The position numbers and the translations under genes are program-made. A stretch of 63,098 nt of DNA, the filler included, from Phoronis australis (taxonomy: Eukaryota > Animalia > Phoronida), in NCBI GenBank assembly GCA_002633005.1. It is 6 parts of 6 records of this genome, joined end to end, with 100 filler letters (N's around TTAATTAATTAA, not from the genome) between each part and the next. Parts side by side here need not be neighbours in the genome. Positions count along the whole stretch, not along the records: positions 1 to 17,108 come from NMRA01000234.1; positions 17,209 to 33,686 come from NMRA01001245.1; 4 more parts are not named here. One strand, written 5' to 3'. Shown piece by piece: positions 12,662-26,400 of this stretch (the first letter of the stretch is position 1; the number at the start of each line of letters is the position of its first letter). The notes below the pieces were generated by a model, which saw only the letters and a list, made by a program, of their open reading frames with translations, searched no databases and was not told the origin of the DNA.

Positions 12662-15600
12662 CCCGTTTTTATGATTAAGACATAATGACGAGCACTTATC
12701 GGCAACGGTCTGATTGATGTACGCAAGGTTCTATATCCATGCGACGTGTGTTGTTATATCCAACAATACCACAACAAAGGAAAACAGTGATAGGACCGAT
12801 GGGCGAAAAACTTGCGACGAGTTGTCAAGGACAGTGGTGGAGTTTGTCTTGTCATTCGAATGTTTTTAGAGAACTGCAAACCCGGTATTTCGTCAGAAAA
12901 ATTTCTGCGGTGTGTTGTTAAGTCGTGGGAAAAATTGCTGTCATGCCATCAAACTTATCATTCATTTGAGATTACAATGCACTGCATAAACATTTGATCA
13001 ACAGAAAATCTGACTTGAATATGTGTGAAGAAATACCCATGAGGAAATTGCAAGGTATAACAACTGTAAATCAAAATAACCTACATTTGTTGAGTTCATG
13101 TCTAACCCTGTTCACTGTGGAGGACATAATCGGCTTTTTGCAAAGTGGAGCCATGTATGGTATTTAGGAGTACTATAGCCCTAAGTGGTAAGTAGTTAAA
13201 CATTCAAAACATTCAGGAGGAACTAACTTGTTGCAAAATATCGAAAAACATGAAGGACAATCTGATTTTACGGTGCTCACGCATCGATCTCAGATATATG
13301 AAAATTTCTCATTTTAGTACATTTGAGATGCCAAAATGTATAACTAATAAACTGGGTGACAAAGTTTTTATTTTATTCAATTAAAGTAACATGTTTTGTC
13401 ACCATTTTGCCCAAGTTTCATTCTCATAGCAGTGGGGAGCAGATTTGGTAAAACAGTGCACTGAACACAACCTCAAAGTGGCATAACGGGGGGCAGTGTA
13501 GTAAAACTACTAAATGAGGGTGGTAAATCGGAATCGTGTTTCAAGACATCTGTGTTACAATCTATAGGCACCACTAAACAATGCCAAGTGAATAATAAAT
13601 CAATAGCTTTCATTCAAGGAAAAATATAAACAGTTAAAACTGGACAGTTTTTATAACCGAGAAAACATGGATGCGAAGCCGTAAAATGTGTTTGAGCCTA
13701 TCACTTTGGGAAAACGTAATATTTTGAGGAAATATTTTACCGCTGTTTATAGATCCCATAGGACTACCTATGTGCCAAATTTGGTGAAAATCGGCTGACC
13801 CCCACCTTGCCGCTGGATGGCTGGTGCTCTCGTGGACTAGTACTTAAAAACCGTGAATTTATACCTTAGGACATACCTTTCCTCATTTCTAGTTTTCATT
13901 TGAGGACATAATTCTAGGTTTTACTACTTCGGACGTGTTGATTTTCTTTTAACCTCATTGTAGATTTTTAGCGACTAGGCCTTTCGTCGATCCACTGGAC
14001 TTTGGCTGATTACTATACCATTAGCATGCAGGATCTGACGCTGAGAACAGTGACATGATACGAAATGTGCTGAAGTACCACTAATGACACCAGAGACAAA
14101 AGGTATGGTGCTGCTAAGTTGTAAATCTCCTGCATGCGAGTTTGTTTAACTTAGAAAAGTAAAGTGAAACATCTACTCGCCAATCATTCAGGCATCTCTT
14201 TTTTCATTTACTCTCATTCTCACCTGGTTTCAGCTCAAATTCTCTCAAAAATCATAGTATTAGCAAAAGACAGAGCTCATTGATAGTAAAACAGCGGTCA
14301 CAATAACAAGGTCGAATTTAATTAAATGCTTTTCCAGAAGTGATCTAGGAAATACTCTTTATGTTCTAAAATATAACTTCATTTTCGTTTTGTGAACTGC
14401 GTTTAAATATTGGTATTTCAATGTTTTACATAAATGTAAACAGCTATTTCGAGATGAATTTAAATATTCAAACGGAGAGAGAAATGAGACTTTTTTAGGA
14501 TCACACAGGACCTGAACTAGCAGCATCCTGACCTCGCTACCACTGGAAGAGAACCTAAGATGTCGCCGATAACCGACACAAAATAAAACCGGAGGCGGAA
14601 AGGTAAAAATGACCAGTAAGTTGCACTTCCGTGAGAGCGCACGCTGTGAGATGCAGTCTTTCCAGATACATCAAGGACGATAGTGCTGATTAAATTATGT
14701 TATTGATAACATTTGGGTCGTGCATTTACAGCTCTCCACCGGTGACAACTCTGTGGATTCCAGATTATTGTAATAGTTCTTAAGGGTTGACTGTAGTTTT
14801 GTTGTACTCTGGGTTGTACTCAAGTATTAGTGTTTGCATTAGATGACGCACATGTACTTCAAATGAATAGATGTCTATACATCCATCAAATCTATTACAC
14901 TTGACATTTGTTGCAGGTCTTGGTAGTACAATTGTGCAGACGCTAGCGCTCTTTCTAATCTCGACTCACAATTGCACTAACACAGTAATACAAGACCTAA
15001 CATACTAAAACAACGGCATGACTGAACCCAAATTACATTCAAGACCCCAAAATGCATGCTGAATGGTGTTAATTGAATTCCTTTGCAGATTTCACAAGCA
15101 GAAGCAGTATTGAAAACAATTGATTTGTCGACTGTTTGTCAATTTTATTAATACGTTTTTAGCTATTTACACGCCATACCCATACCCACGATACGTTGAG
15201 ACCTACGGATATCCAAAACGGAAGATGTAAAGTAACGTTGCTTACGTTTCATACTGCATTAATAAAAACAAGACACAGCTCGATATTCTGAAGGTTCTCA
15301 AGTGTTATAACGCCTATAATACAGAATTTTTTGAAAAGGTCCTGTCAAGCCAAAGGTTCACAAATCCGACTGAAAGGAATATGCTAGTTAGTTCGACAAT
15401 CTATGAGACCAGAAATTAGTGATGCATAGTCATCGACAGGGGAGCAGCACACTTTTAGTACCAGGGAACTAAAAATGTAAATAAAAGCAACAGCTCACTG
15501 ACCATTGCCAAACTTTTTGGATCCTTTCAAGAGGCTTTGGCTCTTCCATGAAGTAGTTTCAAACAGGACATGGATGGACTTAGATCACTTTTGAATGACT

Positions 15601-16189
15601 ATTTAATCGTTTGTGTAGTATCTCCTGCATATATCAAGCATAACATGTATGACCATGATCTTGTTCTGTTCTTGCTCTCAGTTGACGGTCTTTTTAAACT
15701 TCTTGCAGTATGTGGTCACTATGGTTTACCACATGAACTTGAATATCACTATCAAGGGGGTATTGTTATGAATGTGTTTTAAAAGTTAATTGTTAGGAAC
15801 TTCTATAAATATGATGAACCTTTAAAAGCTGTGCAATAGATGGAACATTTGGTGATACCATATTATGAATGACTGTGACATCTCACGGTAACGGAGAAAA
15901 CAATATGTTCAAGCCTTCTGAGTAATTAGAAAATACCACATGTATAGTCTCCCTGTCAAGAACCAGTTGCTTATCTCTTTCTGTCTTCCAATGCATAGCA
16001 CGCGCCGACTGCTGGAATTTGGACATGTTCAATATCTCATATCTTTATGTGTTCAAGCGTTTTATAACTTTTTTTTATAAATTTGAAGGTACTCTGTGTA
16101 CTGTTTTGAGGCTCATTATTGTAAATCGACCCTAAGGCAACGTATGTACCTGTTTTGATATCACCTGAATGAAATTTCCAATGTCATTA

Positions 16190-17090
16190 CCTGTGGTATG
16201 AATGAATCCGAGTCAAGTTTCCTTCTACATTACGCACACGTGATCGTGCAGTTTGTAATAGGGTTTTTTGTTTTAAAACAGTGCTAGTATTGGTTAACTT
16301 TTGTTCAATTTATCAAAATGTTAATTTTAAGCGTAAGTTTTACACGGTCAAATTTTAATGCTGTTTACATTTACTCAAAATATATCTGCAATAAAAATTA
16401 TCGTATCCCATTATACCCACATGTTTCTATCGAGTATCAACCAAACAGTCGCCTGGGTTTATGTTGGAACAACGCATGCATGTGGTGGACGGAACGTTCT
16501 GAGTTCAACACGAGGTGATTGCCGTCAAAACCTTCGAAATGTGCGTTGGTTACTAAATAAATGTCACACGAAGGATATTCCAGTGGACGACATCAATAAC
16601 ACGTTTCTGTACACAGTTATCAAAAAGATTCACGGAACAGCCATGATATTGCTTAATATACATAGCAGGATATCGAGCAACGAACACAGCAAAGTGTTAA
16701 CCTATTTTGAAGTCTTTGCCTGTGGTATGAATAAATCCGATATCAAACTTCCTTCTAAAATACGTACATTGTCGAGTAAGTCACTGTCCATACAACACGC
16801 AGTCGTGCAGTAATAGGGTTTTTATTTTGAAGCAGTTTTAGTATTAGTTAACTATTGTTAAATCTATCACTATGCCTTATTTTAGGCGTGAGTTTTACAT
16901 CTATCAAATTTGATGTTGTTGTCTTACATTTACTCAAAATATTTATGCAATCAACTTTGTCAACTTCCTACCCATAAGTCTACGAAGTAACAACAAAACA
17001 ATTACCTTTGTACATAATGCTAAAAGCATGCATGAGGTTGACTGGCGACATGATTGTCGTCAAAACCCTGTAAATGCGCTTTGGTTGATG
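16190..17090. repeat. Diverged ~530-bp direct duplication
   Basis: cctgtggtatgaat.aatccga at ~16190 and ~16719, followed by collinear taatagggttttt, ttacatttactcaaaatat and tgatt..cgtcaaaa blocks. Confidence 0.7.
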
Positions 17091-17108
17091 CGGCAACGGC
17101 AACGGCAA

Positions 17109-17208
17109 NNNNNNNNNNNNNNNNNNNNNNNNNNNNNNNNNNNNNNNNNNNNTTAATTAATTAANNNNNNNNNNNNNNNNNNNNNNNNNNNNNNNNNNNN
17201 NNNNNNNN
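17109..17208. other. Scaffold linker gap N44-TTAATTAATTAA-N44 (also at 33687-33786, 36845-36944, 53130-53229, 56795-56894)
   Basis: An identical 100-bp spacer with stops in all six frames occurs five times, so it is artificial. A plain N gap lies at 49963-50176. Confidence 0.95.
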
Positions 17209-18399
17209 ACTTTTTTTCTAGTGACATAACGTAACTCTGAAAATGTTTCTAATTGGAAGTGATCGTCCCGCACTTTTTACGTGACGTCGTCGAAAATTAT
17301 CGGTATTTCGTCAGTCAAAATTTTGGGTCAGCAACAACTCAGAACCCCCATCTTTGATTATTATATAAACCTTATCATCGCTGTGAACTCTTAATTTTCA
17401 GAAAATGTCGAATTTCGTTTCAAAGAAGTCGGTAAAAACATCGTGTTTAATGGTAGACAACAGAGCGTTCCAAGTTGATCGAATATTTAGTTTGAAAACT
17501 GTTCATGTCCTTCCACATCGAATCTTGTAAAAATATCTGATATGTAGTTTAGTCTAAACTACCAAAAATATTTCTTGATTATTGAAGCTATGTTAGGGAA
17601 TACAACGTGTAACTCTTTTTTTCAATGCCTGCATAAATTATGTTCTATAGTCTATGGAGCCGGCACGCTCTTTCCACTGCCTGAAGCTATAACAACTTCG
17701 GTTCAAGCAGAATGCAAATTTCTGTGTGGTGTTTTCGGAAAATACTGGTAATCCAGTTTGTAATGGGAAAAATTGTGAAGCAAATCGTGCATCTCGCAAA
17801 CATTGTAACGTAAGTCTCCGCCGGGCATATACATCAGTCATTCAACTGAATATTTTGAGAAATCACAATATTCGTAAGTGTGAAGAAATGTTACAGAATC
17901 CGACAATTTAGAGTTGACCATTTCATCCATCACACTTTGTCCGCCTTCAAATGATTCGTCAGCCGAACACCTTTTTGTACTCGTCAGACGCGTGATACCT
18001 TACACAAAACTACGTGTGAATACAAACCAAACAGGGAGCGTGCATAAAACAGGTGACGAATTAACTACATGTACGTCGACGTTCACAGAATTTTTCACGA
18101 GTCACATCTCAAACAGTAGATAATATTTTTTTTCGCTTTGTTATTATTTTCACAGTTATTGCACAGTTCAGCTTTATCACTAACATGTTTCAACATCGGT
18201 ATTTCGATCACAGTTTGTAAAAACCGGAAAAGAATCCCAACGCCTTTTCTTGATGGGCCAGTTTGCGCCTATACATGTATATAATAGTATTGATAAAAAA
18301 TGACCGAACTGTTGCACGATTTCACGCGAATGAACATTACTGAATCGTATCCCCGGGCTCAAAGTAAACACTGTTATCATATTCCGTGCATTCTGCCGC

Positions 18400-18663
18400 A
18401 AACCAATGAGAATCGGGGAATTCCCTTGTCTCCTTGCTTGGCCTGGTTCACAAGAGCAACCGTGACGTCACTGAGGCGGTATTGAAACTTTTGACCAATC
18501 AACGACGTGAAATGGTGCATCTTGGGTAACAAACGTCTGTGCTATTTATTTCCGGGTTACCGTACTGTCCAAAGCCTGTTGTGCTGGGTCAAGCGTTAAA
18601 TTCTCACATTCTGATGAGGAATAGACTGGACTGCAGACGGTTGCGACTTGTTGCTTAGGCAAG
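18400..18663 (+). promoter_or_regulatory. Candidate promoter and non-coding first exon of the STAP-like gene
   Basis: CCAAT at ~18403 and 18495-18499, palindromic CRE TGACGTCA at 18463-18470, local CpG enrichment, and a possible donor AAG|gtatat at 18663/18664. The ATG exon has an upstream acceptor, so a 5' UTR exon is expected. Confidence 0.35.
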
Positions 18664-20414
18664 GTATATTATTATTGCTTTTTATGCTTGATTTTTAGGA
18701 TTTGTCGATGTTAAAACAAGATTAACGATGACAGAATGCACCAGATTGTCAAACAACAGACAGATGGACGGAGGTCCATTTCACGTCGACCTCAAAGGAG
18801 ATGACACGTACCTGAGGATGATGATGATGATGTTAAAACGGGAAATTGTCTTTTCAGAATGGGCTTGTTTTTTAATTGCATCGCCCGAACTTGTCTAGGG
18901 CTTCACAGTCCACGCACAGACAGTTTGAGCGCATCAAATCTCTTATCACCATTCATTATATTTGTGCGCGGAAGAGCATGGGCGATAGTCATAAAAAATG
19001 TGAAGTGTGTCTGCTTGTAGTACTGGTGATTCGGTCAGCTAGCTTTATGAAGACAACGTCAACATATAAATGGTAAAATGCATAATTCCACACAGCTTTG
19101 CACCAACGCTATATGTCTCTCCATACTTCACTGCAGGTACTGAGAATCAGAATACAAATGATACTTGATTTAGGTCATTGCTCCCCTATTCAAAACTGAC
19201 TGGATTCCTTGGGTTCAGACTAATATTAGCCCTCTTTTGTGAGACCTAAGGCACAATTTGTATATGAGTTATTATTATGGTTCAACAGCAAACCTTTGAT
19301 ATGTAGGGAAGGCTGGGTCTACTCAACAAAGAAGCATTAGTAGTTACCATGCATATCCTGTTCTATTGTATGTTATGTACGTTAACTGATTTTTTGTTCT
19401 TAAAAGACTGAAAATGTTTAACTTTTAATGATGAATTCATTTTTTATACCTGTCCCGGGTGTCAAAATGACGACCAAGCGCATGTTACAAATTAATGTAT
19501 GCCGCACTGGTGTGCATCTTTCCCTTATGATAAAAAGAAGCCACCATAAATATCAAGGATCTTTAATCGTCCTTTGAAATCCCTACTGTCAACAAACATG
19601 CGATGTAGACTGTCTTCCTCAGGGCTTGCAAATTCGACTACATTGTTTGGACAACTCTACGTCAATTTAACTTGACTGAAAATTTCAGAGAATGCGTAAC
19701 TGTTGTTTAAAAGAAGCTTGTCACAGTCGGTACGTTGTCCTTCTTATCCATTTTCTTGGAGCTTGAGTTCGTCCTTCTTGTTAACGTTTTGTATTTTCTG
19801 AAGCTGAAGACTCTTTAAAGGTTGAAACATTGGCTGGCTCTGATTAATTCAGCTTGTTTTAAATGTTTGGTTATCAATCCCATCAAATTCCAATCTATTG
19901 GCTTACCTGTCAAAGATAAAGCCATTGAAACAACTCGAGAACAACATACATCTATTTACTGAACTTTTTAAATTAACGGAATCTCAGTTTTGGAAATTTG
20001 TGGACCAGTGTTGGCAGAGAACAGGGTGTGCCTTTAGAATGTTCTTTTACAACTGCTAACAAGAGCCCACACAGCTTAGCAATATGTCTTTGAGGTCACC
20101 TTATGTCAGACCAAGAGAGAAATTTATGGTTGCCTCTAACACAACACCAGAGCAACTAGCAGGCGCTATGGTACAAGTGACCTTTAATTGAGATGAAGAG
20201 GTCAAAGACTTTTTTTGGTTTGGTAATAGGTTTGAAAACTATGGTGTCGTGGCTGAGATTTGCTAAGCTTTAAGATTTCTACTTCATTTTAGAAGTAATT
20301 TTTTGTCGAAAAAATGAAGAAGAGTTATCGTGATGCATTAGATGGTTATGTTGGAAGTTAAGAAAAAAGAATTTATTTATTATTTTGTAATTTCAGTAAG
20401 TTATCCAGGTGACC

Positions 20415-20468
20415 ATGTCTAATACTTTCCACGAAGGTTGGCTGTCACACAAAGGTGACAGCGACAAG
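20415..20468 (+). CDS. STAP-like coding exon 1: MSNTFHEGWLSHKGDSDK (PH beta1)
   Basis: Acceptor tttcag at 20396, ACCATG context, donor AAG|gtaagt; phase 0. Confidence 0.85.
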
Positions 20469-23400
20469 GTAAGTAAGAATCTAGAAGTAACTTTCTTATT
20501 AAGTGTTGAGCTGCCATAATGGTTTTGAACGAAAGAAAGTAATTTTGGTGTAGAGGCATGTAGTACATTTATGAGGGTACTGTTTTTTAAAAGAAAACTG
20601 CCAGTGAGAACAGACCTTAAGTTTGTTAGTCATTTTCTTCAGTCCAGTGTGATGGGACCACAGGGAACTTTCAGCAAAAACAATTCCCTTTCTAACCTTT
20701 TCTTTATTTCTTTATAATAGTTGATGCTCCATATTTTACTTCCTGGTCCATGGGTCCCATTGTGAAGAGTGGGGTGTTACTTAACCACCAAACGTCACCT
20801 GCTGTGCATGTAGTGTACATCCCCAGTATGGGTTATGTAATTAAAACTCCTTTCATACCAATTAAGTTATGGGGAAACTTCAACCATTTGGGACAGTCTG
20901 TGAAATTTGGGACGCTGAAATTCTAGCCAAAATAGAATTTTGTTCATTCAGAAAGTTGGACCTGGGGTGATTTTTGTATTCACTTTTTAAATGTGAATAG
21001 TCACCCCATTTCTAATAATTAAAAAGTCTGCCATTTCGATCCACTGTCTGAAAATAGACTTGGCAGTACAAAAATAGTCTTTAAAAAGCCCATGAATGCT
21101 ACTTTTTGTTTAATTGGTGTGTAAAAATTAAGATGAACTTTAATATGTCATTAGTAATTCTAGAATTTGGCACTGTCAATATATCATTTCTCAAAAATTT
21201 GGTACAGGGTCTATGCTGAATGAAATTATTAACCTTTCACTAGCTAAATCTGACATCAGTGTAAACGGCTGCAAAGTTAATAAGTACCTGGTTTTAGTCA
21301 TTACCTATCAATGCTTTGTGACCCTTTCTGATTCAACCCAGTGGTATACTCCTGTGCGTGCCCTTTGTGTCCAACAATATTTGACTGCAGCACCACCTAC
21401 TGAGTTCTATATTTTTCAACTGCTATGTTCTCACCAGATTGCAAGGCTTATAGCTTAGAATTCTCACTAATCCTCCTCGTAGAAGGTAACTGCGCTGCAG
21501 TTAAAATTTTGAAAACCAGTTTTAAAGTATGCAAATACACTGAGGAGAATTCAAGGATGAGATGCCCACTTAACTAAGTCTGATTGGATTTCTGTGTTTG
21601 ACCGGTGGTTCCAAATATTGGCACAGTGGCTAGAGCATCTGCACTGAGTTAACAGACGGAGCTGTGTTCGAGTTCCAGTCGGGGGCAGAAATCTTTTCAG
21701 ACTTATATTCATCAGATCACGTGATGTGGTCAACAATGAGATGGCGTGCTCACCATGCACATTTCAATTGGTCAATTTACTTTGGCTTTGGCGGCGTGGA
21801 CTTGTCATAAAAAAGTTTACAATTTATGAACTTGGTCTTTTTTCTTTACTAGAAATTTCGCAAAGCCTATGGAGTGCTGAAGAGAGCGCAGATTTCAGAC
21901 GTTTATCTCTATCTCTATACCGATACAGACCATACACGGAACAGGGAAAACGTAAGCTAATTCCAAGATTTGTTTTGACAACTTTTTCCGTCTTCATGCT
22001 AACATTTATGATACTAAGTCTTCACTTATTAAGCGAACAATATGGCCAACAAGTGTAATTCTATTTTGTCAAAATGCCTTGTCGAAGGTAAAGATTAAGA
22101 AGTTTCAGTCTCTCACTCTGTATACTTCATCCAACCATGTTTACCAAAGTTTCCACAATTTGTGACAATCAGCCTTTGAAAAAATGAAAAATGACAAATT
22201 AATTTGGAAATTATTTTTGTGTGACTGATATAAGTGGAGAGTTGCTGGTCACCCTAAAATGAATACACAACCACAAAAGTTTACTGACAAGCCTCCACTT
22301 CATTTAACGTGTAATTGGTCCTTTGTCATCAGTCCATTTTCAGCTGAAACCTTGAGTAAAGTCCACGATCAGAGGCCGATAAAAATAATAAAACAATGAT
22401 TATTTTAACAACTGCTTTAGATCATGAATGACATTTTAATAATTAAAAATTAGCTTTCAGATCTTTTGGGATCTGCTCACTCAGTGACTGGCATGCATTT
22501 CCAGTGAGCTGGCTCTGGTATAGTACAAGGGGTTGAGAATTGCTACTGTGCGGGGGGTTGGGTTAAGTTTGTCAGTTATATCTTGCACCCTCTTTTATTC
22601 TTGATTATGGGTGATTTGTATGTAGTCGTGAACGGTGTGGTAGAAAACCCAGACCTTATTTTACAAATTAAATTTTTTACAGTAAACATTCGAGTAAATA
22701 ACCCAGCTGCACCATGCAACAAGAAACAATAACACAATTGGGTCTTTGATTTTTAAAAATCACTGAACTACTAACAGAAATCACAATATTGACTCGCTGA
22801 CTGCTGATGACGTCTCCGCTATTAGTTGAGTGGTCTCCAGTCCACATACAGGTTCAGTAGGCAATGCATGCAGGTATCTGGACTATCAAAATGTTTAAAC
22901 TGGTACGGCAACTCCAGCTCCATAAAATTCCGCCTTCACTGTGTTATGCAAGCTCCATTAAGTCTCTCTTTGGGGCCTCCCTGAGAGGAAACAATTGAAA
23001 TGTGATGGATGTTCACATGATTTCTCACAGTTTGTACAATAACTTACAACTGTTTATCCCTTGAGAGCCTCCTGTTCCTATTACTGGGTAATAAAGCCAA
23101 AACTGTCCATAAGGTATGTGTCTCCTGTGTGGGGTTATTTACCCTAATAGTATGTCCATAAGGTATGAGTCTCCTGTGTAGGGTTATTTACCCTAATAGT
23201 ATGGTTTAGCAGGTCTTTAAAGCATCATGATTTGCAGGGAGATACAAAAGTGTCCAGGAACCTTTGTTTTGTTTCAAATTAGGTAGGCTGGATTGGGCAA
23301 CTTGCACCTAGCCTGTGTGACCTCTGTTTTTGTTTGGCAGTCTGATAAAAATTCCAAGTTGCCAAAAAGTCACAGGACATTTGCTAGTTGCAACCAATGG

Positions 23401-26400
23401 TCAGACAAAGTCAAGTGAATATGAATTCACACGCTGTCTGTTATGCTTTCCTGTAGATATAAAATTTGCCGTGACTTTCAAATATTTTTCCCAAATGCAA
23501 CTTTCAAATATTTTTCCCAAATGCAACACCCCTGGTGGACTATCTTTATACATGTATTTATCTGGTGAGTCCATCTGCTCGCAGTGTTTATCACCATCCA
23601 AATTTGAGCCTGAGCTAGAGGCAGATCTACAGGGGGGGTTCAGAGGGTTCAGGTTTTGAAAAGTTTCAGTTGTCAAGGTTGGATATGACAAGAGAATAAC
23701 AGGTCATTTATTGTTTTTATTTCTTTACCATATGTGACTGCCCCATGCCAATGTTACTCAGTCTTTTCGACAATTATATGTTAATGCTTAGGCAACTGGA
23801 ATCCTATAGACACACATGTTATTTTAAGTATTTTGTTCAAAAATCCTCATCTGTGTAAAGAAAATTTTTTTATCTTTGTGTCTTTTAAAAATGTAAGTCA
23901 AGTTAGTGTCAAAAACGTATCAAATTGTTTTCAGGAATTTCAGGAATTATCACAAAGGTGAGTTCAGTCGGAACCTTGTGGGGGTTCATGGCCGCCACAT
24001 ATAAAGCATTACTTCATTATCGTGAGTTTGTAGTCAAACTTTATTCGTGATATATACATAACCAGTGTAATCCTCTGTGCTTATGCGATGTCAGTGTGAC
24101 ATTGGGTAAACATGATCGCTGGTAAGGTCAGGTCAGGTCACGTTTTGTGAAATAACAAAAAATTCCCAACTCCATGTAAAGGGGTTTAGTCACCATATAA
24201 ACATAGGGAATGCCACGCTTTTATTCCCAGTGACAAAGGGCTTTTTGAATGGACACTCTACCTACTGTTTTCTTCCCATGCGCAGTATTTAGGCGGCTAT
24301 GAAATCTGTTCCAAGACGGACATTAAAGTGGACAAGAGAGACAAATCACTTATCACCTTGACAACCATCAGACGAAAAAAAGATGGTGATGACAAATGTA
24401 GAGTGTCTGCAAAATTCAAGGTATGTATCCTTGCACTGAGGGGATTATATTCAGTGGTGTATTTCAGTGTTGTGAAGATTGACACTTTGAAAGTTTAAAT
24501 TAAAATTCTTGTTGAGTCTGACTTATTGTTAACCATTCAAATAAATTTCATGCTCTATGAAAATTGATTTTTGTGTGTACATTTTTATGGCTTGCCTGCC
24601 GCTACAACAATTTCGGATGAAAATGTTGCGAGAATCGCCTTTTTGTTTCTAAAGTTGATACAAATAAGAATTTTTTCAAAATATTTTTATGGACGAAGCA
24701 ATACATTGGGAGTATAAAAACACAAATTACATTTTTTGAAAAAATGAGGATTAAAATTTCAGTCGCTTGCCATTATTTGTGTCCTAAGAAAACTTTTGGT
24801 TGTTAAAGTGGAATTTTGAATCAGTTGTTTTAACAAATTACAGATAATTAAAAACAAGAGAAAATTTAAATTGATGTTTTTGCATACTCATGAGTAGACT
24901 TTGTTTATAAATTAAAAGAAACATTCTATACATTAACTAGTAAGGACACAAATTTTTAAATTGATGTTTTTGTCATAAAAAGATACTAAATTAACTAAAT
25001 TTGTTTTGTTTTACTCTGAATTTTGTTTTTCTTGGCTTACTATTGTATTGAAGGATTCTGCTTTTTTGTCATTCCGTTATATCTGAATTTCTGTATTTCA
25101 GTTTGATGTGGAAGATCAGCGCCCTCTGTGGCTGGCTTATCTTATAGGACTTGCACATGTACGTTCCTTTCAGTGTTGATTGTTTACAAATTTGCAAAAA
25201 AATTAATAAGAATTGCTTAAAAGTACTCAATGATTCATATGATTGGATGTCATTTTGCTAGAAATTTGCACACAGGTCAATGTCACGTGACCATCATATG
25301 GTTAGCTGGATGAAGACGTGAGCCTGCAGGTTTTCTAATTAACAAACTTTGGAAGAAGCTATCCACTGTCCCCTTATGTGATGTCCGCCCCAGAATGGAC
25401 TTTGATAAACAACATGATTTTGGGAATTTTCAAACTCCGCCGTGACATTTGAACTGGATTCATGATAGCTTAGTAGGACTTAGAGCGTTTCCACGGTTAC
25501 CAGATTCAAGGCCTGGTGGGGACAAAGATCTCATCACATTTGACCATAGGTCGCATGTTGTGACCAAACTATGGTGTTTTGGAAGACTAATAGCTCTTAT
25601 TTAAGTGTCGGGACTTTTTCAGGGGGCAATTTAGTCATCAGCTCAGAACTAGGTTCTCTTGAATTTAATCTGAGTTAAATGCAAATTGTGGATTACAGAA
25701 AGTAACTTTCATGTCAAGAGCCAATACATGGTCAGGATTGCTTGCTGTACATTACCAATGTAAATCGTCTAGAGCTTGGTGTAAATAGTCCCCTAGGCTT
25801 TACAAATGACGTTTCCACATCACCGCAAAGCGATTTCACAGCAAGAGGTCAATACACGATAATCAATGTTCAATGAAATGCAAATTCCATTTCAGGGTCA
25901 AATACCTCAAGAGCATCAAGATCATTTGCTTCCGGGTCAAAAGAAGGACGTGGTGGACGCCATTGACAAAATATGGAACGCTGTTGACAACGATTCTGGA
26001 ATCTTCGACACACTCTCCACCACAGGCTCCATTGCGCCACCCCTGCCCCCTCGTAGAACTTCTGATTCTGCCTCTGGAGGGAGTGGTGGTTCCTCTCGGC
26101 ACTCTTCATCCAATAGCTCTCTCAGCCAGCTGGCCTCCCCAACACAGCCTCAGCACAAGTTCTATTCAGAGTCATATAGAAATCAAACGACACCAAGGTG
26201 TGTGCTCTAGTGTCTTAAAATAAAACAAATGGCAGCTACTGTAAAGGCAATCAAAAAAAGTTTTTTTTCTTCTGATTGCAATTGAAATTTTTTCGTTTCC
26301 ATGTATTTGGTCACGCTTAACTAGTGAGAAACGTCAGGCCTTCATGTGCGACCTTTTCTTTCCTTTTTGTAGGTATTTTTGCTTGTCGTACTTTTTGTCA

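Larger units (their letters stand above)
8214..13843. mobile_element. Non-autonomous DNA transposon with TTAA target-site duplication and ~55-bp imperfect TIRs (Sola3-like transposase remnants)
   Basis: TTAA at 8210-8213 and 13844-13847. Left end gtatcagtccacg...cagccaacaagcggcaaggtggggggccagcc matches the reverse complement of the right end, gtactagtccacg...cagccatccagcggcaaggtgggggtcagcc. Excision restores gacTTAAaaacc, the host-unit sequence seen at ~1297. Confidence 0.85.
420..15570. repeat. Diverged tandem array of ~1.3-2.0 kb units (about 6 copies, some partial), interrupted by insertions
   Basis: Anchor ggctgactagtatacc-like at 1475, 3275, 5265, 7053 and 14004. ggttcacaaatccgac-like at ~425, ~995, ~4791, ~6570 and ~15355. 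gatctgaacaa...gaaag-like at ~2633, ~3830, ~5741, ~7569 and ~14509. Motif order is collinear between units. Confidence 0.85.

Noticed and set aside
19800-19835. ctgaaga...gaaac as a hammerhead ribozyme or Penelope end
   Set aside because: Stem II does not close properly and I could not pair stems I and III; no adjacent RT or GIY-YIG remnant recognised.
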